From contig CAXXTX010000012.1 of NCBI GenBank assembly GCA_963666425.2, positions 1-22,820 on the forward strand: a DNA stretch of 22,820 nucleotides, in the 5' to 3' direction. This DNA is from Bacillota bacterium. Lineage in GTDB: Bacteria > Bacillota > JAAYKD01. A program made the translations under genes and the position numbers. Positions 1 through 8,720 of this stretch are shown here, piece by piece. Within the stretch, counting starts at the first letter, position 1; the number at the start of each line of letters is the position of its first letter. A model generated the notes under the pieces. It worked only from the letters and a program-made list of their open reading frames with translations, did not search any database and had not been told where the DNA came from.

Positions 1-112
1 GCTCCATGTAGCCTACGGCGCCCAGGCCCAGCAGCAGCATGAAACCAAAACCTGTCAGCAAGGCATTGAAGCCAAAACCGGTGTCTTTCAAAGGGCGCAA
101 AACAAATTTCAT
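1..112 (-). CDS. dsrP: DsrP (NrfD/PsrC-family membrane subunit), 5' part only; runs off the window edge
   Basis: Manual translation from ATG at 112 gives MKFVLRPLKDTGFGFNALLTGFGFMLLLGLGAVGYME, a hydrophobic N-terminus ending in YME as in DsrP. It lies directly downstream of dsrO. Confidence 0.8.
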   Translation of the reverse strand, partial: MKFVLRPLKDTGFGFNALLTGFGFMLLLGLGAVGYME

Positions 113-127
113 GACCAAGGTCTTTCT

Positions 128-889
128 TCAAATGCCGCTGTAACGAACGCCAGTGTTCAAGTTGAGGTCTTCCCGGATTTGCCGTGACGGGTAGCTGGCC
201 ACACGTTTGGCAATGTCGCTCTCAGGGTTGTTCAGGTCACCAAACAGAATGGCTCCGTGCTCTGCTTCGGCACACGCGGTGACACAGGCGGGCATTTCAC
301 CGCGATCCACCTTGTGCACACACAGGGTGCAGCCTTCCACCGTGCCCATACCCCGTGGCACATCGGCCTTTTGGTCATGCAGGGGCTCATGGACAAACGA
401 GCGAGCCTTGTAAGGGCAGGCCATCACGCAGTAGCGGCAACCAATACATATGTGCTTGTCCACCAGCACAATACCGTCGGCCCGTTTGAATGAGGCTCCG
501 GTGGGGCACACATCCACACAGGGGGGCTCGGCACAATGCTGGCACATCATCGGCAGCGACTGGGTCTTGCCGGTGCGAATTTCCTTGATCTCGATCTTGC
601 GAATCCACTGCGAATCGGTGGGTAGCTTGCCACCTGACAGGCCGTTTTCGGTGTTGCAGGCGGTGACACAGGCGGTACATCCGCTGGCGCATTTGCTGCT
701 GTCAATCAACATGCCCCAGCGCACCTGTTTGCTAGCACCGGTTGCGGCAGTGAGTGGCGCGGCCTGGGCAATTTCAATCAGGCGAACGCCAGGAGCCAGC
801 ATCACACCCGCCAAACCAGCCGCAGCAACGCCCAAAAAGCCACGCCGACTTGGCACAAGGGCACTCCGTGTGTTTTGATCATGACTCAT
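128..889 (-). CDS. dsrO: DsrO, Tat-exported 4Fe-4S ferredoxin-type subunit of DsrMKJOP
   Basis: Tat motif SRRGFLG; Cys clusters CASGCTACVTAC, CQHCAEPPCVDVCP, CIGCRYCVMACP, CTLC. ATG at 889 overlaps the dsrJ stop (ATGA). Confidence 0.95.
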   Translation of the reverse strand: MSHDQNTRSALVPSRRGFLGVAAAGLAGVMLAPGVRLIEIAQAAPLTAATGASKQVRWGMLIDSSKCASGCTACVTACNTENGLSGGKLPTDSQWIRKIEIKEIRTGKTQSLPMMCQHCAEPPCVDVCPTGASFKRADGIVLVDKHICIGCRYCVMACPYKARSFVHEPLHDQKADVPRGMGTVEGCTLCVHKVDRGEMPACVTACAEAEHGAILFGDLNNPESDIAKRVASYPSRQIREDLNLNTGVRYSGI

Positions 890-1383
890 GGCTTGGCCTT
901 TTCCTGAACCAGCATCTGCTGCATTTGTGCAATCTGGGCTTGACCCACGCCCGCAGGCTGTTGCGCCAAGCCGGATGGCACCTCTTTCACCGCCGGTTTG
1001 TTGGCATGGCACTCAAAACAATCGATCTTGACGGCCGCATACGTATGGCAGCTCTGGCAAAAATCACCGGCCGACGCATTGACACTTTGGGTGCTCTGGC
1101 TGGCATGACATGACACACAGGCTTTAAGCGAGTATTTGCCTGTGCGAACACCGCCACGCAAGGTGTCGTCGCGCTGGTGTTTCAGCAGCTTCATGTGGTT
1201 ACGCCGCATGAAAGCCGCGTCTTCCACACACTGCCCTCCCCTGGCTTTTTCAATCAGGGGTTGCAGTCCTTGGGGCTTACCAGTCGATGCCGCAGAACCC
1301 TGCGCCGCAGCGCTCAGGCTGACCGTCAAAACAAGCCCGACACAGGCTGCCTGCCACCATCGAGCGCATGTCATCCCAAGCAT
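886..1383 (-). CDS. dsrJ: DsrJ, periplasmic triheme cytochrome c
   Basis: Signal peptide, CVEDAAFMRRNHM segment and three CxxCH motifs (CVSCH, CQSCH, CFECH); lies between dsrL and dsrO. The start could be the ATG at 1374. Confidence 0.93.
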   Translation of the reverse strand: MLGMTCARWWQAACVGLVLTVSLSAAAQGSAASTGKPQGLQPLIEKARGGQCVEDAAFMRRNHMKLLKHQRDDTLRGGVRTGKYSLKACVSCHASQSTQSVNASAGDFCQSCHTYAAVKIDCFECHANKPAVKEVPSGLAQQPAGVGQAQIAQMQQMLVQEKAKP

Positions 1384-1386
1384 GGG

Positions 1387-3345
1387 TCAGTCCCCCAAGC
1401 CCATCTGGATGTAGCCGGTTGGGCAGACATCCGCGCAAATGTGGCAGCCAATACATTTGCTGTAGTCGGTGTCCACATAACGCCCGGTGGTGGCTTTGGC
1501 CTTGGGCACTTTGAACACCGCCGTTTGCGGGCAATACACCACGCAGTTGTCACACTCAAAACACTGACCACAACTCATGCAGCGTTTGGCCTCTGCCTGG
1601 GCCTGGGCCTCCAGCAAGGGTTGCAAACGCTCATCAAAATTGTTCAGTGCCTCTTGTGCCGTCAAGGACACAATGCCGCGTTTATTGCGCGGTGCAAAGG
1701 GGAAATGGCCCAAAAACAGTTCTTTGTGGGAGATCACATAGCGGTCTGAGCGATTGTCATAGTTGTGAATGGCGGCCGTGCTCTTGTCCGTACCACGGGT
1801 GGGCTCATGCACCTCGGTGAACGTCAAACCTTTCTCCAGCATCTTGCGCTTGAGGTCAAACGCATGCACATCAATCTTGGGGCGTTTTTCCAGTGCCTCG
1901 CTGTGCAGAAAGCGGTCAATACCATCGGCCGCAATGGCCCCATGGCCAATGGCGGTGGTCAGCAAATGGGGGCGAACCACATCACCACCGACAAAGAAAC
2001 CGGCTTGCCCTTGCACCTGGTAATTCTTGTCAGAGTTGATGGCACCTTTGCCGTTGTTGAATTCTTCAAGACCGGTGAAGTCTACGGTTTGGCCAATGGC
2101 GGAGACGATCAGATCGGCCGGAATGTCCTCTTCAGTGCCTTCAACGTTTTTGATCTCCAGGCGGCCCCCCACCATCTTGGCTTCGCAGCGCATGATGCGC
2201 AAGGCCACAGCACGACCATCTTCACCCTGGATCACGGCCACCGGAACCATACTGCCCCGGATGGTGATGCCTTCAGACAAAGCGTGCTCGACCTCATGTT
2301 TGGAGGCTTGCATTTTGTCAATGGCAAAAACCGTGGTCAAAGTGACCTCTGCACCTTGCCGCACCGAAGCCTCAGCCACGTCATGCGCCACATGGCCGGC
2401 AATCGCATGCTCAGGACGATCTGACTCGTTGACCTTGTCGATATGCCCCAGACGACGTGCCACCGTGGCCACGTCAATCGAGGTGTCGCCGCCGCCAATC
2501 ACCACCACCCGTTTACCCACATGGCGCAGACGGCCATCGTTGAACGCTTTCAGGAATGATGTGGCGGTGACGCAGTTCGGCGCATCAGCCCCCTCCACCG
2601 CCAAGGCGCGGCCCGCCTGGGCCCCCAAGCCCAAAAACACGGCATCAAAATCCTCACGAATCTGCGCCATGGTGATGTCGGTGCCAATGCGGCAATTCAT
2701 GCGGGCCACCACACCCAGATCCAGAATACGCGCAATTTCAGCGTCCAGCACATCCCGTGGTGTGCGGAAACCGGGAATACCGTAGCGCATCATGCCGCCC
2801 AATTCGGCCCGCTCGTCAAAAATGGTGACCGAGTGACCTTTCAAGGCGAGTTGGTACGCGGCAGACATACCGGCGGGACCACCACCAATCACGGCCACGG
2901 TTTTGCCGGTAAGCTGTTCCGGTTTCTTGAACGCCAGCTTGTTCTTGATGGCGTAGTCACCCAGAAAGTGCTCCACCGAGTTGATGCCGACAAAGTCTTC
3001 CACCTGGTTGCGGTTGCAGCCCGATTCACACGGTGCGGGGCAGACCCGGCCCATCACGGAAGGAAATGGGTTGGCTTCGGTCAGGCGGCGAAAGGCATAT
3101 TCTTGCCAGACCATGCCTGCGGGTGGTTTTTCAATACCGCGAACAATGTTCAGGTAGCCGCGAATATCTTCACCGGCCGGGCAACTGCCTTGGCATGGCG
3201 GCGTGCTTTGAATGTAGGTCGGGCATTTGTGAGAGTGCCCGGCATCAAATATTTGCGCCTGCCAGGTTTTGACTTTGGATTCACCGTCTTTAAAACGACG
3301 AAACGTGAGGGGTTTGACTTCGATGGCTTCGGGGGTCGCAGACAT
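1387..3345 (-). CDS. dsrL: DsrL, iron-sulfur flavoprotein NAD(P)H:acceptor oxidoreductase (DsrL-1-like)
   Basis: GltD-like N-terminus (PPCQGSCPAG, GRVCPAPCESGCNR), two Rossmann motifs (VIGGGPAG, VIGGGDT) and a C-terminal 2x[4Fe-4S] domain. ATG at 3345 follows AGGAGA. Confidence 0.95.
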   Translation of the reverse strand: MSATPEAIEVKPLTFRRFKDGESKVKTWQAQIFDAGHSHKCPTYIQSTPPCQGSCPAGEDIRGYLNIVRGIEKPPAGMVWQEYAFRRLTEANPFPSVMGRVCPAPCESGCNRNQVEDFVGINSVEHFLGDYAIKNKLAFKKPEQLTGKTVAVIGGGPAGMSAAYQLALKGHSVTIFDERAELGGMMRYGIPGFRTPRDVLDAEIARILDLGVVARMNCRIGTDITMAQIREDFDAVFLGLGAQAGRALAVEGADAPNCVTATSFLKAFNDGRLRHVGKRVVVIGGGDTSIDVATVARRLGHIDKVNESDRPEHAIAGHVAHDVAEASVRQGAEVTLTTVFAIDKMQASKHEVEHALSEGITIRGSMVPVAVIQGEDGRAVALRIMRCEAKMVGGRLEIKNVEGTEEDIPADLIVSAIGQTVDFTGLEEFNNGKGAINSDKNYQVQGQAGFFVGGDVVRPHLLTTAIGHGAIAADGIDRFLHSEALEKRPKIDVHAFDLKRKMLEKGLTFTEVHEPTRGTDKSTAAIHNYDNRSDRYVISHKELFLGHFPFAPRNKRGIVSLTAQEALNNFDERLQPLLEAQAQAEAKRCMSCGQCFECDNCVVYCPQTAVFKVPKAKATTGRYVDTDYSKCIGCHICADVCPTGYIQMGLGD

Positions 3346-3391
3346 GTTGGAATCTCCTGGTTTTTTGTGCTTTAAGGGCTGAAAGACGGGG

Positions 3392-4885
3392 CTACTTGTC
3401 GCCCAGACGAATGGCCTTGCTGACCAATTGGTGGACACCGCCCACCATGCTCATGTTGAATCCGTAATACGGCAGAACCTTGGTGAACTGGGCTTTGCAG
3501 ATGGCACAAATCGTGGCCATGAAATTCACACCGTGGTCGTCCACCACATGTTTGAGGGACTCCATCCGGGGCAACGCACCCTTGACACGTAATTCCATCA
3601 AGTCATCGGTCAACAGGCCACCACCACCACCGCAGCAAAAGGTGCTTTCGTGAATAGTTTCCTGGGCCATGTCATGAAAATGGTTGGCCACCGAGGTGAT
3701 GATGCGCCGGGGAATGACAAACTGCCCACCCGGCATGTTGCCCATGCGTGAACCCCGCGCCACATTGCATGAGTCATGGAAAGTGATGATGCGGTGGTCG
3801 TTGGCCTCTTTGTCAAACTGCAGTGCACCGCGTTGAATCAGGTCATCGGTCAGCTCACAAATGTGCTGGGGCACCGGGTAGCGCGGGTCCAGGTAATCAA
3901 ACGGTCCAATCAAGGTATTCCAGAAGCTGTAGGCCACCCGCCAGGCGTGCCCACACTCACCCACCACAATGCGCTTGACACCCAGCTCCAGCGCGGCCTC
4001 TTTGACCCGCATGGAAATGTTGCGCATTTGCTCATAATTGCCAATGAACATGCCAAAGTTGCCGGCCTCGGAGGCATGGGAGCTCAGCGTCCAACTGATG
4101 CCAGCGGCGTGAAACACCTTGGCATAACCGATCAGGCTCTCCACATGCGGTTCCGAGAAAAAGTCTGCTGAAGGGGTGATCAGCAGCACTTCAGCGCCCT
4201 TCACGTCGATCGGGAACTTGACATCCACACCGGTGTCGTCCTTGACATCTTCTTCAAGACCTTCAAGGGTGTTGAGCAAGGCCGGGCCGGGTAGCCCCAA
4301 GTTGTTGCCGATGCGGTGCACCTTGCCAATGATTTCATTGGAATATTTTTGCCCCTGCCCAACCGAGTCCATGATCTCGCGGGCGGCCATGGTGACTTCT
4401 GCGGTGTCAATGCCATACGGGCAAAACACCGAGCAGCGGCGGCACTCGGAACACTGGTTGAAGTAGCTGTACCACTCGTCCAGCACCTCACGGGTGAGGT
4501 CAACCGCGCCGACCAGTTTGGGGAAATATTTACCGGCAAAAGTGAAATACCGGCGGTAGATTTTGCGCATCAAATCCTGGCGCGCCACCGGCATGTTTTT
4601 GGGATCAGCCGAGCCCAAAAAGTAATGACATTTGTCTGAGCAGGCCCCGCAATGGACACAGGCATCCATGTAAACCTGAAGCGAGCGGTATTTGCCCAGC
4701 ATTTCGCCCATCTTGGCGATCACTTTGTCTTGCCAGTCTTCCACCAAACCCTCAGGAAAACCCAAGGCTTTCTGGATGGGCCCGGCAGCCGGGAACGACT
4801 TGATATGCGACATGGCCCCGACTTGCACCAGGGGAATGACCGGATAACTCTTCAGTTTGGGGGTTTCAAATGCAGCGGTGGCCAT
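3392..4885 (-). CDS. dsrK: DsrK, HdrD-like Fe-S/CCG-domain subunit
   Basis: CVHCGACSDKC, CSECRRCSVFCP, GECGH, HDSC, CCGGGGG and CAIC motifs; follows dsrM. Confidence 0.96.
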   Translation of the reverse strand: MATAAFETPKLKSYPVIPLVQVGAMSHIKSFPAAGPIQKALGFPEGLVEDWQDKVIAKMGEMLGKYRSLQVYMDACVHCGACSDKCHYFLGSADPKNMPVARQDLMRKIYRRYFTFAGKYFPKLVGAVDLTREVLDEWYSYFNQCSECRRCSVFCPYGIDTAEVTMAAREIMDSVGQGQKYSNEIIGKVHRIGNNLGLPGPALLNTLEGLEEDVKDDTGVDVKFPIDVKGAEVLLITPSADFFSEPHVESLIGYAKVFHAAGISWTLSSHASEAGNFGMFIGNYEQMRNISMRVKEAALELGVKRIVVGECGHAWRVAYSFWNTLIGPFDYLDPRYPVPQHICELTDDLIQRGALQFDKEANDHRIITFHDSCNVARGSRMGNMPGGQFVIPRRIITSVANHFHDMAQETIHESTFCCGGGGGLLTDDLMELRVKGALPRMESLKHVVDDHGVNFMATICAICKAQFTKVLPYYGFNMSMVGGVHQLVSKAIRLGDK

Positions 4886-4900
4886 GATCGAGGATGTTGT

Positions 4901-5635
4901 TTAGGCTTTTTTATCCAGAGCGGCGGCCCAAGCCGAAACGTGGCGAACTTCGCGGGCGTTATCCACTTGATTGCGGGTCGGGCTGAAAAACAGGCCGGGT
5001 GCATGCAAGAGCTTGCTGATTGGAAAAATAATCATGAGAACCGCCACCAGGCCCAAGTGCACCAGTAGCACTGGGTCTGCAGGCAAAGGCTGCACATTCA
5101 GACGCATCAGCCCCAGCACAAAGGCCTTGAGCGCCACGATGTCGGTGTGGGCCACATAACGCATGGCCAGACCACTCAGGCCAATGGCCAGCAGCAGCAC
5201 CAGCATCAGGTGATCAGAGGGTGTAGAGATGTAGCGCACTCGATCCACCAGCCAGCGCCGTGCCCACAAGCCACCCAACGCGGCCACCATGGCAAAACCG
5301 GCGTAGAGGCCAAAGGGTTGAACCAGCACCACTGGCAACCAAACCGGATCCTGAAAGTAGCGCAGATGGCGCAACACCACCAGCAGCAGCGCCACATGGA
5401 ACAGCCAGCCAAAAATCCAGGTCCATTTGCTGGACTTGAACAGGCTCTCGAAAAATACCACTTCACGCGCCATGCGCCAGCGCACTCCGCCCACGGTGGT
5501 GGGGGCCGGTGTGGTGGGAATTTTCAAAGGCGCGGGTGTTTGTGCATAGATCCGAATTTTGCGAGCCACCCCAACAACGAAGATGATGGTGGCAAGGTAG
5601 AGCAACACCGCATAAACAATTGTCAACATGGACAT
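4901..5635 (-). CDS. dsrM: DsrM, NarI-like membrane cytochrome b
   Basis: Multiple TM helices with His ligands (WLFH..LRHLRY, LVHL, SKLLHAPG), PAPLKIPTTPAP and PTRNQVDN segments. Confidence 0.95.
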   Translation of the reverse strand: MSMLTIVYAVLLYLATIIFVVGVARKIRIYAQTPAPLKIPTTPAPTTVGGVRWRMAREVVFFESLFKSSKWTWIFGWLFHVALLLVVLRHLRYFQDPVWLPVVLVQPFGLYAGFAMVAALGGLWARRWLVDRVRYISTPSDHLMLVLLLAIGLSGLAMRYVAHTDIVALKAFVLGLMRLNVQPLPADPVLLVHLGLVAVLMIIFPISKLLHAPGLFFSPTRNQVDNAREVRHVSAWAAALDKKA

Positions 5636-5667
5636 GGTCTGGCCCGCAAGTTCGTGGATGTCAATTC

Positions 5668-5829
5668 AGGGATGCAGAAATTGCCAATGTCCCGTTTATG
5701 GCGAGCGCTGGAGGGATGCAGTGCTAGGCGTAAAGCGCGACGTGTGGCGAGCCACACTAGCGATTTGCAACGACGCAATGCGCCCGCCAGTGCCGCCAGA
5801 AATGGGATATTTGGCATTTCTGCATCCCT
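5668..5829. mobile_element. 162-bp imperfect palindromic MITE/REP-like element between dsrC and dsrM
   Basis: The ends share a perfect 14-bp inverted repeat (AGGGATGCAGAAAT) that continues imperfectly for about 50 nt. Central hairpin GTGTGGC-GA-GCCACAC at 5742-5757. Confidence 0.75.
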
Positions 5830-5833
5830 AAGC

Positions 5834-6166
5834 TCAGATACAGCCTGTGGGCTTAGGCAAGCCTGCAATCTTGCAAGCTTGTTTGGCCGGGCCATAGGGG
5901 AACAGGTCGTACAGGTACTTGCTGTTGCCTTTTTCTTCGCCAAATTTCTTGCCAATGGCCTTGGTCAAGACACGCACAGCGGGTGCGATCTGGAACTCGT
6001 TGTAGTACTCACGCAGGAAGTTGATCACTTCCCAGTGGTTGTCTGACAACGGTACTTTTTCTTCTTCAGCCAGGTGAACCGCTGCGTCAGTGGTCCATTC
6101 AGCCAGGTTGATCAAATAACCTTCTTCGTCAGTTTCATAGGTCTTGCCGTTGATTTCAAAGCTCAT
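5834..6166 (-). CDS. dsrC: DsrC sulfur carrier (both C-terminal cysteines present)
   Basis: [19 protein letters not shown] and C-terminal [19 protein letters not shown] with CysB and CysA; canonical operon position. Confidence 0.97.
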   Translation of the reverse strand: MSFEINGKTYETDEEGYLINLAEWTTDAAVHLAEEEKVPLSDNHWEVINFLREYYNEFQIAPAVRVLTKAIGKKFGEEKGNSKYLYDLFPYGPAKQACKIAGLPKPTGCI

Positions 6167-6204
6167 CTTGTGCTCCAGTTTGTAAATTGTTAAAAGGGGA
6201 TGGC

Positions 6205-6504
6205 TTAGAGCCAGGAATGGGAGGTGTCGTATTTCTCGACCAGGTCAACAAATCCGCCGTAGTCCACCAGGTTGACACCCGGCATCAATTTGGCAGACAT
6301 GCCGCGTGCGTCCAGGTCGGGTTGCAGCACAAACACGCTCAAATTGGCGCAAGCTTGTGTCATGCGCTCCTGTGCGGCGCTGCCCTGTGTGGCGGCATAA
6401 ATACCGTCTTCGATCAACAACAAGGCATGCCCTGGCTGGGCCATGCGCAAGCAGGTATCGAGCGTGTTTTTTTCAAAGGGTGATTTGTTAATGATGTGCA
6501 GCAT
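6205..6504 (-). CDS. dsrH: DsrH (TusB family)
   Basis: [27 protein letters not shown] and [10 protein letters not shown] motifs. Confidence 0.96.
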   Translation of the reverse strand: MLHIINKSPFEKNTLDTCLRMAQPGHALLLIEDGIYAATQGSAAQERMTQACANLSVFVLQPDLDARGMSAKLMPGVNLVDYGGFVDLVEKYDTSHSWL

Positions 6505-6521
6505 GTTCGTCTTTCTCTTTA

Positions 6522-6759
6522 AACCTAGATTCCTTAGTTGGACACGCCCGAGTGGGCTGTCAGGAGCGTGTCTGGGTAGGCGCGACGACGCTGAAGGCTC
6601 CTGCCTTCGAGGAGGAGCAACGCCCCCAGGCGCGTTCCTGGCGGCTCAATCGGGTGTGTAGCGTCGTCACCCAAAAAGTGAAGTGGATCAACGCTGGAAA
6701 AGTCAATGTTCATAGGCACTTACTGATACAAATGAGCGGTCAACTGAGGAATCTAGGTT
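6522..6759. mobile_element. 238-bp MITE-like element between dsrF and dsrH
   Basis: 19-bp terminal inverted repeats match 18/19: AACCTAGATTCCTTAGTTG (6522-6540) vs the reverse complement of CAACTGAGGAATCTAGGTT (6741-6759). Long internal imperfect hairpin at about 6542-6659. The right end overlaps the dsrF stop codon. Confidence 0.8.
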
Positions 6760-7153
6760 AGAAGCTCAGGATCACGTCCTGTTGCGCCATCAGTTCACCC
6801 ATTTGCTTGGCATCGAGCACTTCCACCGGCACGAGCAGATCACTGGTACTCAAACCACGTTGATCCAGAGAGTCCTGATCGACGTAGAGTTTTTCAACGT
6901 CATAACCGTCCAAGGCCCGATAGCTTGGCGAAAAGTTTTTGATGCCAATGCCTTTGGTTTGCTGACCCTTGGCAAGCTCATACACACCATCGTCGATAAA
7001 CACCAGGCTCACGTCCTGGTCAAAGGTGGCGGTGATCAACACCACTTCCAGGCTTTCAAGGGCGTAGATGGTGCCGTAAGGGGCCTTGCGGTTGACAAAC
7101 ATGAATTTCTTCACTTTGGGGCCGCTGGCTGCAGTTGTTGCTTGTTCACTCAT
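6758..7153 (-). CDS. dsrF: DsrF (TusC family)
   Basis: KKFMFVNRKAPYGTIYALESLEVVLI, FIDDGVY and SLDQRGL motifs. Confidence 0.96.
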   Translation of the reverse strand: MSEQATTAASGPKVKKFMFVNRKAPYGTIYALESLEVVLITATFDQDVSLVFIDDGVYELAKGQQTKGIGIKNFSPSYRALDGYDVEKLYVDQDSLDQRGLSTSDLLVPVEVLDAKQMGELMAQQDVILSF

Positions 7154-7173
7154 GGTGTGTTCTTCTCAAGGGG

Positions 7174-7533
7174 TTAATCACCAAAGGTCACCAGGCGGTC
7201 GGCCTTGATGCCACTGTCCACCAACTGGCCCAGACCCGAAATGCGAAACCCGGGAGCCAAGACTTCTTCTTTGATGCCCCGGCGCAAGGCCGCAGCCACA
7301 CACACCACCAGATCAACCTTGTGCTCAGCAGCCAGGCTAGACCAGCGGTTCACCACATGGCGGTCATCTTGCGGTGGCTCGGTGAGCCGGGTCGCGTTGT
7401 TGACCCCATCGTGGTAGAAAAACACACGTTGAATGGTGTGGCCTTTGCTCAGTGCCGCCACCACAAACTGGTAAGCGCTGTCTGACGCCTGGTGCGTGTA
7501 AGGGCCTTCATTGACGAGTACGCCAAATTTCAT
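7174..7533 (-). CDS. dsrE: DsrE (TusD family) sulfurtransferase
   Basis: NEGPYTHQASDSAY, RVFFYHDGV, active-site Cys in VVCVAAALRRG, and SGLGQL. Confidence 0.96.
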   Translation of the reverse strand: MKFGVLVNEGPYTHQASDSAYQFVVAALSKGHTIQRVFFYHDGVNNATRLTEPPQDDRHVVNRWSSLAAEHKVDLVVCVAAALRRGIKEEVLAPGFRISGLGQLVDSGIKADRLVTFGD

Positions 7534-7560
7534 GGTAAATCTGTGCTCCTGATTTTTGCG

Positions 7561-7582
7561 GGACAGAGCTTGAGCTCTGTCC
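7561..7582. other. Perfect hairpin in the dsrB-dsrE spacer
   Basis: GGACAGAGC-TTGA-GCTCTGTCC, a 9-10 bp stem. No U-run follows on the transcribed (minus) strand. Confidence 0.6.
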
Positions 7583-7610
7583 TCAACGGTTTGTCGGATG
7601 TGGGTCGTTC

Positions 7611-8681
7611 TTAGAAACGAATGTGGGTCGAGGCGTTCAGGCTGGCACGAGAACCACGCCAGTCATCAATCAGGTACTTGGTGAAGGGCAAGTCGCATTT
7701 TTCAAAGAATGCGGGCCAGCCAATACGGTCAATCCAGTCGGCCATGCGTTCCCACGAACGGGCATCGGCCTTGTAGGTGGTCAAAATCTTCTTGACCATG
7801 GCCGAGACCTCTGGCCAACGTGGCGCGTTATTGGGCAAGCCCGAAGCCACCATCTTCATGAAAGTCGGTTTGCCACGCGCATTGGAGTTCTTGCCACCCA
7901 CCCAGATCGCCAGCTTGCTGTTTTCCGGGTCGTTGATCTGCATTGGGGGGCAGGGTGGGTAGCAAGCGCCGCAGCACATACATTTGGATTCGTCAATTTC
8001 AAGTGACGGTTTGCCATTGACCATGGCCGGGCGAATCGCCGCCACCGGGCAACGCGCCACCACGGTGGGGCGTTCACACATGTTGGCTACCAAGTCGTGG
8101 TTGATCTTGGGGGGTTTGGTGTGTTGAACAATGATGGCAATGTCAGCTTGGCCACCGCAATTGATTTCGCAGCAGGAGGTGGACAAGTGAACCCGGTTGG
8201 GCATTTCTTCCTTGATGAATTCCTCATGTAACTCATCCATCAATGCCTTGACTGCGCCAGAGGCATCTGTACCCGGAATATCGCAGTGCAACCAGCCCTG
8301 GGTGTGGGCAATGGCAGATACCGAGTTACCGGTGCCACCGACTGGAAAGCCATTGGTGGTGAGCGCCTCGATCAAGGGCTCCACACGGGCCGGGTCAGAC
8401 ACCATGTACTCGATGTTGGAGCGGATGGTGAAGCGCACATGGCCGTCGGCATAGGTGTCGGCAATGTCGCACAGCTTGCGGATGGTGAACAAATCCATTT
8501 GACGCTGCGTGCCGGCACGCACGGTCCAGATTTGGTCGCCGCTGTGGGCCACGTGGTGCAACACACCGGGGCGTGGCCGGTCATGGTATTTCCAGTTGCC
8601 GTAGTTACGGGCCATCAATGGGTGCAGGTATTGCTTGTTGTCGGGTACGCCGCTCTCAATGGGGGTGCGCATAGTTGCCAT
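7611..8681 (-). CDS. dsrB: Reverse dissimilatory sulfite reductase beta subunit
   Basis: HTQGWLHCDIPGTDASG, TSCCEINCGG, ferredoxin motif CMCCGAC, NNAPRWPE, and C-terminus LNASTHIRF. Confidence 0.98.
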   Translation of the reverse strand: MATMRTPIESGVPDNKQYLHPLMARNYGNWKYHDRPRPGVLHHVAHSGDQIWTVRAGTQRQMDLFTIRKLCDIADTYADGHVRFTIRSNIEYMVSDPARVEPLIEALTTNGFPVGGTGNSVSAIAHTQGWLHCDIPGTDASGAVKALMDELHEEFIKEEMPNRVHLSTSCCEINCGGQADIAIIVQHTKPPKINHDLVANMCERPTVVARCPVAAIRPAMVNGKPSLEIDESKCMCCGACYPPCPPMQINDPENSKLAIWVGGKNSNARGKPTFMKMVASGLPNNAPRWPEVSAMVKKILTTYKADARSWERMADWIDRIGWPAFFEKCDLPFTKYLIDDWRGSRASLNASTHIRF

Positions 8682-8720
8682 GGTGATCTTTCTTAGTCAG
8701 TTATCAAGGACAAGCTGGTT

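Noticed and set aside
5623-6761. ORFs 5623-5955, 5628-5831, 6534-6719 and 6552-6761
   Set aside because: They run through the palindromic elements or overlap dsr genes and are better explained as non-coding repeat sequence.
7561-7582. Rho-independent terminator after dsrB
   Set aside because: No U-tract on the transcribed strand, so it is kept only as a hairpin.
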